Assembly (NCBI GenBank): GCA_003344405.1
Contig: NOWV01000149.1
Coordinates: forward strand, 1 to 64,000
Source of the DNA: Trichoplax sp. H2
Taxonomy: Eukaryota
DNA: 64,000 nt
Reading direction: 5' to 3'
Below the pieces are notes generated by a model. That model was not told where the DNA came from. It did not search any database and saw only the letters and a program-made list of their open reading frames with translations. The translations under genes were made by a program, and so were the position numbers. Below are positions 52,611 to 64,000 of this stretch, in pieces (positions within the stretch are counted from its first letter, which is position 1; each line of letters starts with the position of its first letter).

Positions 52611-55430
52611 TATAGTTCCAGTTATTTGCCTACGGCTAAGGGAATAATGATCGGTGTACGCGCCTGTTTTGCTAGATATGGGGTATAACTCGCTTGCAGG
52701 CTAATTCCAATCGGGCTCTAAACAACATTTATTGATATTGCATTTTCCTGCTTTTCGTCTATAGAAGTTAAGCTAATTGGAAATACGAGTTCATGGTAAT
52801 CCATTTGAAATAATGGCTAACAACGTCTGCTGTAATCTTCAATTTTACACATATTTACTTAAAATATGTAAGTAGCACCTGATTACGATTTTATTTTGCC
52901 ATAGCTGATATTGACTTGTTCCAATCAAGTTTTAGCTATTGCGGCACTATCCACTCATATTATGACCAGCCACAATGATTAAGTGTAATCTTTATTTACC
53001 TTTGTAAGATATACATTCTACGTATGATATCGATTATTTTGCGTGAATGTTTTTAAATGAAGGCCATGCCCATAATTTGATTCATAGCCGCATGATATCT
53101 GAATAATTATGATTGAGTAAATGGATTGTAGTTCAGAGCGATTATCTAATGTGCCTTATAACATTTACTTCTTTTCTCATCTCTTTTTTTAAAGAAGAAT
53201 TGACGGGTAGCATTAGCTTCGTTCTTTATACTATTCTTGATTGACATTATTAGCTAGTGGCTCCGATATGAAGCGCCGAGATCTTTTCTTAGTTCACATT
53301 TTCATCGTTCTAGTAAAGTAAATTCCTCCTGTTACAACATTTCTCCACCTCATTTATTGTCACTTTTCTAGTTCGAGTAGGTGGGTGTTACAAATTGGTT
53401 TTGTAACAAGAAAAGAGTTAATTAAACTAATTTTACGGTTTTATCATTAATTACCTCCAATTCTAGGGTACGTTAGTCAATCATTTTAATAGTTCACGAT
53501 CATAGCTTTTATATTCATGTAAGGATTGCACAACAGCAAAGTAGGTTATACTAGTCGTCCACTCGGGAGACGACAGCTCACGAAAAATGTTGCAAACAGG
53601 ACCTTAGTTAACGCTAGTCTATTTCTTTAAATTACTTAATATATATATATACAGATCCCCCAGTAAGTTACAGATCAATGCTTAGTATATCATATCGGTA
53701 AAGTATAGTCGTAACAGTGGGTTGTCATCAACAGGTTTAATATCCAAGTGATTAATGGTGGATAGAGGCATAACTGTCCACTTTTGTGATTGGTATACAG
53801 CATATTAAGCCTGTACACAATACTGTACATTGGCTCGCTGATGATTCAATAATGTATTAATAAGAACATTGATTTATTCAGCGTCCTTCTTTACCCAGCA
53901 GTTATTTTGAATTCAATACTGTAGTTTTTCAATATTTTTTTTTTTAATCAGGGTTGAGGTTGATCAAGCGGTTACATTTACAGCCTACCTACGTGTATAC
54001 TAGGGGTGTTTACTATCGAGTTAGGACTCAAGCTGATCTCTAAATTTCAGCAATGTTCCAGGTGATTTAACCTCACTACTGCATGCGTATGTCATTGCTT
54101 TATCTCATGGATTTAGGCGCCTTGTGAAATGGACTTCGTGGCATGATTCTTTTCTTTAACCGGCCATCTAGGTTAGGATGCAAAGGCATGTCCACATGTG
54201 TCCAACACTGGACGCACTAGCGTGCCATTAGGGCAGATGTCCTATTGATATCGAGGACTTGTGATGAGGGTAACAGCTGGAAGAATACAATGCTAGTCAC
54301 CCATCAATATTTTTACACCTTGTTATCATGGATGGATAAGATGCACCTTCATCTCTTCTACAGTATAGACACGATCGAGGTCAATAGAACCATAGAAATG
54401 GCTAGAAATATGCAAACGTTGCTGTTGTCCTTTGCAATGAAGAAAAACATTTGCCACCCATCTTGACAATGGATAGGCGATCCTGCTGTGCTGACGTGGT
54501 GATGGAATCGATGATGCAGAAAAGGGACAAGCTCGTTGGGTTTCTTTTAGCTCTATGAATAGAATACACGTAGTAGAAAGTAGCATGTGTCATGGAAACA
54601 CTGTGGAGTTTTCTCTCTCCTCTGGTGTATGATATTGCAAATTCTAAGTCTGAAAGATGAGTGCATACATCATTGCATATACACTGTTCTTCGACCTAAA
54701 TTTAACGGACGAATGTATGATTTAGCGGTATTTTGATGGACCCATACCGTTCTTTACATCGAGGTAAGAGATTTTTCTTCCCTCGAAGACTATCTCAGGC
54801 TGTTGATTTGGATACTATGCCGTCGAAAATGACTGCGGCTCTCATGGCTCATACTCAACCATGTTGACAGCGATTTGTTCTTGAAGAGTATTTCTCTTCC
54901 AGCAGAATGACTACTATAGTACGCTACTGCATACCGTACCGTACTAGAGTGGTTGATCACATCGTTATTGAACAGTATCTTCTAGGCCACCGTACTTACC
55001 TCTAATCTCGATGCATTTCCATTCAAGAAATCGTAGATCTCCATACTCCAACTACTCCATTGGCCGTCCATTAAGGAGGCCATGGATTTATTTAGTTTAT
55101 AAACTAGCCATGTTGCCATTTTTATTTTTGGAGATGAGGTCATGCTTGACCGCTGGTACGGTACCAGCGACAGGGTACGATACGGAAACGCGGACAGGCA
55201 GACTGCAATGAACCAGTAATGAGGATGATGATACAGCCCAGCGAGTCTGATACTGTGACTATCATGCGAATGATTGATGCTGGTACTAGCGGCTCCGTGT
55301 ACAGTATAAAGTACTGTAAACTGGATACTGTAATGACAGTACTATGTATCGATACTGTCCCGGTCCCGGTCCGGACTAATCGAGTCCCTAGACTTGGCCG
55401 GAGCGATTACTTCTTCCAATCTAGCGCAAA

Positions 55431-58400
55431 ATGGCTGACAAATATCAATACGATTGGCGCCAGGATAAGTCGTTATTCCAGGCTCCAGGTAATGAAATGA
55501 TAATTATAGTTAGCGTGTTTGATAGGCAATACAATGTCCATCTCGGTTCGAGTAGAGTGTATGCATGTTTTAGACTTGACATGGTTTGATTATAAGGTGG
55601 AGTGGATAGTCCTTCGACTCCGTTTGGACAACAACAACAACAATTAGGCTTGACCGTAGTAAAACAGATAGAAAAGAGGGCCTAGCGTTCAAGAATCATC
55701 ATTCTAGGACAATTTATTCTTCGATTGCTATCACAGTGATCGATCAACTCCATTATACGATATAGTAGACATCAAATAAGGCACTAGGATTCACTATCGA
55801 TGGCGATAAATGAAAGTAATCATGTTCATCAGTAGGGCACCAAGAGTGCTTTTACCTTACGCAAGTAGGATCGGTACTTACTATCGAGTCGACTTATTGA
55901 CAACCCAACTAGGATAGAGTTGTCTACCCACTGGAAAGCGTAGACTTACTAAACTGGCAGCTTATAACTTAAAATGTCCATCTACCCATGTTGTAGCTCA
56001 ATCCATACGAGTGGAAATGAGAATAGAATAAACAACAACTTGCGACCACGTCATCACACTATCACAGTGCTATCCAAATCTCTCTTGAAAAATGGCATCA
56101 ACTATGCAATTAGACCCAATAGTGAAGCCCATGGAATGGCCCTCTCCATGGAATTGCCTAGATAGAAATTCATCAACGTCAACGCTGTATGCCTACATTA
56201 TGTTGTTTAGCTTTTACTCTCCCCACAATCCGGCCCCAAATCCATTCTCAGCCCTGCTGCATTAAGCATGTGAAATGGCAATGATTATTATTTTCCATTT
56301 CCTTCAACTTGTTCTCCATGACCGATTGCTTTCCTTTCATGATTATATAATAAGGCAAGGTTGAACACTTGAAATGATTTCCTTTTACTTCCATGTCCTT
56401 CCTAAAGTAAAGGGACCTTTGTGAAGGTTGTTAGAGTCATGATTCATTTAAAATTGATCATCATGTCTGATTTATTGTATCAATGGAATTTAAAACTGTC
56501 CAAGACCGTCAAGCGAGAGAAAGTAAAACATGCTGTTTTCCTTTCTGTCAGTTTATCCGATCAGTTTGCTTCGGATTTACCCATTTCATCGATCCTTATT
56601 TCTCTCCCATTTTATCAAATGTTTTACTGTTAAAATATCAATCAAGAGACTTTCAAGTTGAAGTGCATTCTCCGTATATAACGTTCACTGTGTAATACAA
56701 TCTCCATCAACTTATATTTGATGTTCCCTCTTTCAGTCACTACTTCCGATAGTGCTCACTGGTATGATGTAGCACCAAACCTAACGGATACCGCAAAGGA
56801 GATCAGCACGGAACATAGACTAGCCGACATGATGGGCCAGGAAAGAGAACAACAGACACGTTTACAAGCTGATGAAGCATTATTGAAAAAATTTGAACTC
56901 GAGAAGCAAGTCAGGTGTGTAGAAATGTTGACCCACCAGTCAATGGTAGTTTACATTCCTCTTGGAAGCTACCTTTCAGAATGAAATAAATATTTTATTA
57001 CTTCTCGTTAACACTATTATTTAGAGAACGCCGAATCGACCACATACAAACTGAAATTGATACGGAGATAAGGTAACTATTGAATAAATTGACGTAAGAA
57101 TGGATAAATCCAGTCGTTTGACCATAATGCTTCTTACCAAAGTGACCTTGTGATTTCAACTATCTGGTCTCATCGATACAGTCTATGCCGTAGTTATTGA
57201 ATACTGTCAACTGCAAAAAATTTTAGAATAGTCTCATTATACGATCTGGCTTGTGATTAAAATGATACAGAAAGTAGCGTAATAATCATGATTAAAACTT
57301 ATGTAAATATTAATAAGTAACAGAGTACACCATGTTCGATTGTAGTCTAGCCTGAAAAACGATATCGTCATAAGTGATTGTAATGATTTAAGCTAATTAC
57401 AGTAGTTATGTCTAAGAGTTAAGAACCCATACACAATCCTGATAAACGGTTTAGGGTACAGAAATTGGGCCATCCCAAATAATTATAACATCTTTTAAAT
57501 TACAGGAGTTTTAATGAAAAATCCGATAAAGATGTCGAGGAATGGATAAAATCGCGCTATGTTGAAGCCGATGCGGCTGCATCTAGATATGCTTCTAAAA
57601 CTGAAAGTAAGAACTTTGTTAGTTGATTCAAGTTTCTTTTCTAGAAGTTACATCATAGCTTAATGCACTACGACTTAAATGGTACACACAAAACTCGGTA
57701 CATTTTAATATGTGATGTTGAATGTGCTACAATAGGTCAAGGAATGCGAGAGAAAGAGAATGGTTAGTATTCAATTAGAGTATTTTATGATACACTTTGT
57801 AAAGTAATATCACCATTGCTGGGAAACTTTTAAATTAGTACTGAATGCTTTTTGTAAAATTGTTTCATTACATATTTAATGAATACCACTTTCTCATTTT
57901 CTTATCATGTACTAGCAAAAATAGCAGAGTCATCCTCTTCTGAAGTAGTGAATGCTCCTTCTGCACCACCTTCATGTATGTGTTTTGGGAGTATAATTTG
58001 AATTGACGTTCGATATCATAATGCAATACTTTAACCTTAGATTCTGAAATTGAATTCGAAAGTCTTGTTGCAAAAAGCCATTATCCAGTCGAATTTCAGT
58101 CCCATAAGTCAATTGAGGTAACATAGCAGGCGTAGCATCATGAGAGCTATGCGTTAATCCTTTTCGTAATAGAAGCTAGTTACAGTACATAGATTTGATT
58201 TTAAAATATGGCAACAAACTTGTTTTCTTTAGGGACAATATGCTGCTTCTATACGGTTGCGCCCATTAAATCCTGACGCGGATAATCTGTAAGATATTCA
58301 AGTTATATTCTTTGAGATAAATGATAAAAACTTGTGATTACAACTGGCTAGTACTGGCATGTATAATAATTGATTTATTTTATTTTATTTCTTGCTTGTA

Positions 58401-59882
58401 TTCGGTACCGTTAGTTGTTGGAAATGTTACTCTCAGATTGAAGACAAGGCTGCTTGCGAAGATGCCGAAGGCAATATTTTGCACCAAGATTGCTACTTTG
58501 ACATAAAATGTAAGTATTGAGATTTTTTGTATAGACTGTAATTACTAATAGCATGTATATTTGCAATTAGTGGCCTATAGTATGTAACAGTACGAATTGA
58601 AATGAACGGTTTGGTATATATATATTCCTTGATGAAGTAGATTCTTTATAACTCTCAATATTTATATTGCTATCGTAGTTCCCAAGTGCGATTGGTGCTT
58701 TTACAAAATAAGTCCTGCGGAAGATAAGGTTCGACTTATACTATTAATAACATTTTTAGCTTATCGAGAACAAATTTAAAACAGTTATTATTAATTGCAT
58801 TGAATTAAGGAAGAAGGAGTGAACTTAAACTTTGTTATTTGTAAAAAAGAAGACGAGTATTGCACTTTTCTCAAATGATTGTAAATTATCGCTAGGTAAC
58901 AAGTGCTCATCCGTGCATTTTATAAATATTTTTCAGTCTTCATTATTTAGGCCCTCTGACTATACGATAATGTACAATGCGGAACTGTTAAATAAGATCA
59001 TAAAAAAAGCTATGATTACTTTTCATCAGGACCGATAACCTTTTCGCGAATTGAGATCTACCAGCATAGTTTATCGTCAGACCTTTTGTAGTTACTGTAA
59101 CTCGTATACAAGTGGGAACGCAACATTACTCTTTTCGTATTTTCAACCTACTATGAAGTAACTAGTTTTAATTACCCAGTGACTGACCCTAGTTACGGTA
59201 AAGGAATGACCACAACATAAAAATTATTATCCTTGAGTTACTGTACTGTATACATGTTAATAACAATCTGTCGGAGCTCATAGTAATGTTATGTATCAGC
59301 AATATTCCTTAGAATCTGTACTGCAATCATTTCAATTGGGATCTTACGTACACACTAATTGAAACATTTTATTTCTTGATAAATTTTGAAGAAAATTTCG
59401 GGATTTTGGTGCAAATTCGAAGGTAAAAGATATCATCGAGAATGCTATGAGAAATATTCAGGTCCAAGGTCGGTTAGAAGTTAATTTATTACTTTCTAAA
59501 TCCTTATCACCCTAACTAGTAATAATTGTGTCGACATGATTTATTTATTTAATTCCGCCTTCAATGGGCTGTATGCGTTATCATTATGATTATGGTTATT
59601 GTCAGAGGCTATTTTCTTGCTGATGAAATGTATTGTAAAAATTAGGTGTACCGTTTGTTTCGATGTCATTATTACAAGACCTACTCAGGATTTCTGTGGC
59701 AAATTTATTCAAAACAATGATAAGGTATTGCCTGATTTGAAAACCTACCGTAAATTTTATATTGAAAACATTTGGATTGATATGTAAATTCTAATGCATT
59801 ATCAATATGTATTTTTAAGCTCTATCATTTGGAATGCTACAAGAAAAGAAAGCTAGCAGAATTGAAAGCACGCCGAAGTTAG
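55431..59882 (+). CDS. 322-aa protein with N-terminal coiled coil and three tandem CxxC-x18/24-HxxC zinc fingers (LIM-related). Exons 55431-55488, 56737-56914, 57025-57072, 57506-57606, 57736-57762, 57916-57975, 58041-58117, 58233-58288, 58415-58509, 58679-58728, 59392-59468, 59646-59724, 59820-59882
   Basis: 13 exons with GT-AG junctions totalling 969 nt, open from ATG (aaaATGG) to TAG. C-terminus reads CWKC..GNILHQDCYFDIKFPKCDWC..FEGKRYHRECYEKYSGPRCTVC..NDKLYHLECYKKRK. Confidence 0.85.
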
Positions 59883-61628
59883 AAACGGAAGCTCGATTAT
59901 TATAAAGGGATTATCATACCTATAGCAACAATTTGCTGATGTACTATACGTTATCACGGAGGAATATTACTTTCTTGCCATCATTTAGATATTGTGCCCA
60001 TGGTACAAACAAACAGTATTACTCGGGGCTGTAATAATATTGATTATGATTGATTATTTTCAATTTAGCATCAGTGATTGATCCTATTATAATTTATTAT
60101 TTCTAGTTGGCGCTACGCGTCGATATCATTGCTGTTGAGTCGAAAATATAAAACTGGGAACCTGTAAATTTTAGTTCATTGAAAAACTTCTAGCCTCTCA
60201 CTATTGTAAACTTGAGAATAAAGATTTATGCGTGTGCTAGTATGTATCCATAGTAGTGATTTTAGAGTGTAGTTACTGTAGCTAATTTCGATATGATAAC
60301 GTAGTATTGTTGAATACAGTTGTCATTTCTTCTATCGTGTAATATACTTGGACCAATGACCTTGCATTTTAATTCAATGATGAATCCACTTTTTATGAGT
60401 ATATAAGACTCTTGCTGGTCGACAATAGTAATAACATTGTAAGGCTAGCGCCTATCATCATGCTCTGTATAACTTTCATTTGTAATTATGGATAGGAAAT
60501 AATATATGAGTAGTCAGACTACAGTTTTTTAACTTAATTTTAATGGAATAAAAAATTTAGAATAAGTTGAGCTGTTTGCGTTGGTTTCGGGAAGGCATGC
60601 ACAATTGAATTCTCCTGTCCTGGCAAAATTTTTTATATTAATGGTGGAAATTTGAACTTTATTAAAGCATACGAACCTACTTTAAGTGATCGTTCCCCTC
60701 TCGTAACTATACAATACTGAATTAATAATATTTAGCTGTAGTAATGTTGCATCTGCTTACGTGTCTTTAAGTCCAATTAATACACATAGGATCAAATAAC
60801 TATTAGCTATCGTGTTATAAGCGTTTGTCTGATAGTTCAAAGTGTGTAGCTCAATGCATCCATTACCCATTTCCTAATAATTGTTTTATGAATAAACGTG
60901 CTAATACGAAGGCGCTGGCTTGTGTCAACAGGTAATTTTATTACTACAGTATAACTCTACTGTACTGCTTGTCGTTGCTGATTGTGTTGGCAGCCATTAA
61001 CTGTAAGTTTAAGCTTAACACATAACAGCTTTGCAAGATCCAAGATCTAATGATCATTAGCTTTGCTACTCACAAAGCTATATACTTTACAGTACTTCCA
61101 AAAGCAACTACTACAACAGTGTTTTCCTGTCAGCATACAGAAACTACAGCTAGCTTGATAAATAAATACCTAAAATGATTCTGTAGAGAAATCAACTACT
61201 TCCCAAATTATATCAAGGTAGCGTGGAATAAATCGTATCCAGAGGATATGGTTTAATGGCCATTTTAACAGCGAACCATCACTGGAAACAGTTTAAACTA
61301 GCTATCGATAAAGATGCCATCAGGTGGTTTTGATGGACTTGGCTAAATGGCTCACTTTGCATTAAATTATGCAAATTAAGAACTGTATAAAAACAAGTCT
61401 ATAGTGTTATACTATACCGCTAGATATTATAGCATAGGGATAATACTGTTTAATAACAGGCTGTGATAACTTGTAATAACACTAAGTAATGTATTTATAT
61501 ATCATACTGGATTCAGATTTAGTTATAGCCAGTAGCAAAGTAATCTAGCATCGGCGGACTTGATCGCTTACAATTTTACTGTGTTTACTCATTTTAGAAC
61601 TACATTGATTTCATTTTGCTAGCCGAAA

Positions 61629-62681
61629 ATGATGAAAGCTGCACAAGTTGTAGAGGCAGGTGCCCCTCTCCAACTTCAAGAAGTCCCACTGCCTAAAGCC
61701 ACTCATGATGAGGTTGTGATCAAAGTGATTTCTGTAGGCGTTTGCCATAGTGATCTGCACTTATGGGATGGTGGTTACGATCTTGGTGAAAAAGGATTCA
61801 TGAAATTCGTAGAGAGAGGAGGCCATTATCCAGTAACCCCTGGCCATGAAATTGTTGGTAGTGTCCATCAGATGGGTGATGAAGTAGTTGATTTTGCTGT
61901 TGGGGATAATGTTCTTGTATTCCCTTGGATTGGTTGTGGTCAATGCCCGATTTGTCAAGCGGGCGATGACAATGTTTGCGATAAACCGAGATCGATTGGC
62001 ATTTTTTGCAATGGTGGTTATGCTGAATATGTTATTATTCCAAGTTATAAATATCTTGCTAAGATTTCTGGTGTCGATTTCCATGCTGCCACATCGCTTG
62101 CTTGCTCAGGTTTAACTGCCTATAATGCAATCAAGAAAGCGAATGTAAGATCTCCAGAATATTTGGTCATCATAGGTACTGGTGGGCTGGGTCTGATGGG
62201 CATTCAATTGGCGAAAGCAACAACTCAAGCGAAAATCATTTGTGTTGATATCGATGATCAAAAATTAAATATAGCAAAGAATTTAGGCGCTGATTTTATT
62301 GTTAACTCTAGCGATGGCAATGCAGTGCAGAAAATATACTCCATCTGTCCTAAAGGCGTCGATAGTGTAGTCGATTTTGTTAACGCCTCTCCGACGGCAA
62401 AGATAGGATTATCCATACTTAAGAAGCGTGGGAATTTAGTGCTTGTAGGATTATTTGGTGGTTCTATCGAAATCTCTTTAGTGACAATACCACTAAAGAC
62501 CTTAATTATTCAAGGCGCTTACACAGGTACTTATAGGGAAATGGTAGAGTTGCTACAATTGGCCAAAGAGGGGATCATTAATCCAATTATTTCGAAGCAG
62601 TATTCTTTACAAGAGGCTAATACCGCATTAAATGACTTAAAACAGAGGAAGATTGTAGGGCGAGCAGTAATCATCCCATAA
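61629..62681 (+). CDS. Zn-dependent medium-chain alcohol dehydrogenase, prokaryote-type (6-hydroxyhexanoate-dehydrogenase-like), 350 aa, intronless
   Basis: Catalytic Zn ligands in GVCHSD, PGHE and ACSGLT; structural Zn CGQCPICQAGDDNVC; Rossmann GTGGLG; acidic VDID (NAD preference); C-terminal GRAVIIP. Confidence 0.95.
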   Translation: MMKAAQVVEAGAPLQLQEVPLPKATHDEVVIKVISVGVCHSDLHLWDGGYDLGEKGFMKFVERGGHYPVTPGHEIVGSVHQMGDEVVDFAVGDNVLVFPWIGCGQCPICQAGDDNVCDKPRSIGIFCNGGYAEYVIIPSYKYLAKISGVDFHAATSLACSGLTAYNAIKKANVRSPEYLVIIGTGGLGLMGIQLAKATTQAKIICVDIDDQKLNIAKNLGADFIVNSSDGNAVQKIYSICPKGVDSVVDFVNASPTAKIGLSILKKRGNLVLVGLFGGSIEISLVTIPLKTLIIQGAYTGTYREMVELLQLAKEGIINPIISKQYSLQEANTALNDLKQRKIVGRAVIIP

Positions 62682-63218
62682 CGCTGTAACAAGTGACTTT
62701 CTTTTACCAATTGGCTATTAATCGTTGATACTTTACTTCGTCTAAAACGTTTAGCAGAGGATGATTCTGGGCTGGATGATAATCATCTTGTACTGTCTGC
62801 ATACGTAGAATTAATGATAGTGTTGCATAATGGAGTTGTCATATTATGCGGTATAAAGTCCATGTTCTCGTATTATCCTCCTCCTCCTTATATTAAGAAT
62901 ATACGTAACTACTCTCTACTGGCGTTAGTAAGGTTGCCATTTAGATACTTCAATTTTCAGTGGATAATGATTTGGGTAGTTGGTAGATGACAAATTTTAA
63001 ACCATTTCCTAAGCTTAACTAGCACAAGCTAGGTGATTCATAAATTCATGATCACTAAATTACGGTACTACAATGCTTGGCTAAGCTACTATTGCTTATT
63101 GTTACCATGTCCTATCGAAGAAATTGAGCCATATTGAAAGCGTTCTTTTACTGACAGACAAGTTTATTATATTGTACATACATATACCCTTAAATCTTGC
63201 AATTGTAATAAATCAAAA

Positions 63219-63580
63219 ATGGCAAATACCAGCATGATTATGGCATGGCAGGGATCACAGCAACAGCGAGATTATCCAATAATTATAATCTGTTCATTAT
63301 TTTTATATGTATTATTAGCTATCTTTGTCATTCTTAATTTGATTCGCTATCAATTATTGCATGCAAGAAATTTTATATGATTTCTATTTCCTAATTTGCT
63401 ACCACTAGATGATAGCAAAGCCACAACGCTATTTGTACATCCTTTTTCAATCCTAACAGTACTATGGATTCCATTTGAAGAACGGATTAATGCATACGTT
63501 GGTCTATTGCAGGATAAATTTTTATGTTGAACATATAATCTTGATATTTCTAAATTACTTATATCTGCTACAATAAATAA
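63219..63580 (+). pseudogene. Probable degraded, internally deleted class A GPCR (or a 53-aa single-TM ORF, 63219-63380)
   Basis: One frame from aaaaATGG reads MANTS..IIIICSLFLYVLLAIFVILNLIRYQLLHARNFI*FLFPNLL..SKATTLFV..ILTVLWIPF..*..LLISATIN: sequon, TM1/ICL1/TM2-like, TM6 WxPF-like and TM7-like fragments with in-frame stops. Confidence 0.4.
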
Positions 63581-64000
63581 TAATCGAACTCTGATATTAT
63601 TAAGTTAGTTTCTGTGTGATATATATAATTTACGAGATATTTCATGCCATGGACACGTACATGTAGAATCGAGTACAGACTTAAAGGCAGGATAAAAATA
63701 AATGAGTGGCAGTTACGGTAGAAGATGGAAGATTCCTTTATCCTACTCGTATAGTTAAATATTTCCGGTGAACAGTAAATGGATAAGAACTTACCTTTCT
63801 ATAGCTAGAATTAGCTGTAATTAGTTGTAAAATAATACGGTTATACTGTTGATACAACGACAATGCTGCTAAACATCACCAGCGTTTTATTAATTTCTGA
63901 TAGTCTTTCATATTGGTGTAACAGATCTGGCAAAATCATGTCTAATTTGTTGCAGCCAATTAGTTACAGGTAAGCACTGGTAAGATGTAACTATACACAA

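Noticed and set aside
61629-62681. ADH as assembly contamination
   Set aside because: Flanks are non-coding with host-like composition and no prokaryotic gene density; not formally excluded without reads.

Overview
AT-rich eukaryotic genomic DNA with short GT-AG introns. Composition, compact introns and the cluster of intronless GPCRs suggest a basal animal, most likely a placozoan (Trichoplax-like); this is inference. In order the window holds: four tandem, intronless, highly diverged class A GPCRs at ~5.7-6.0 kb spacing; a spliced ZBBX-like gene with no visible B-box; a 56-aa SMIM30 microprotein missed by the ORF track; two paralogous orphan two-TM proteins, each preceded by CAGTA/TACTG palindromic arrays; a 6-exon SLCO/OATP transporter; an intronless protein of five diverged ubiquitin-like domains with no Gly-Gly and a C-terminal CCVM lipidation motif; a 13-exon protein with three tandem single CxxC..HxxC 'half-LIM' fingers; an intronless Zn alcohol dehydrogenase of prokaryotic type, resembling thaumarchaeal enzymes as I recall them (horizontal-transfer candidate); and a probable GPCR relic. 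Three degenerate tandem repeats are also present. Exon models were read by hand from splice sites and frame continuity. Homology statements come from recalled family motifs, not database searches.
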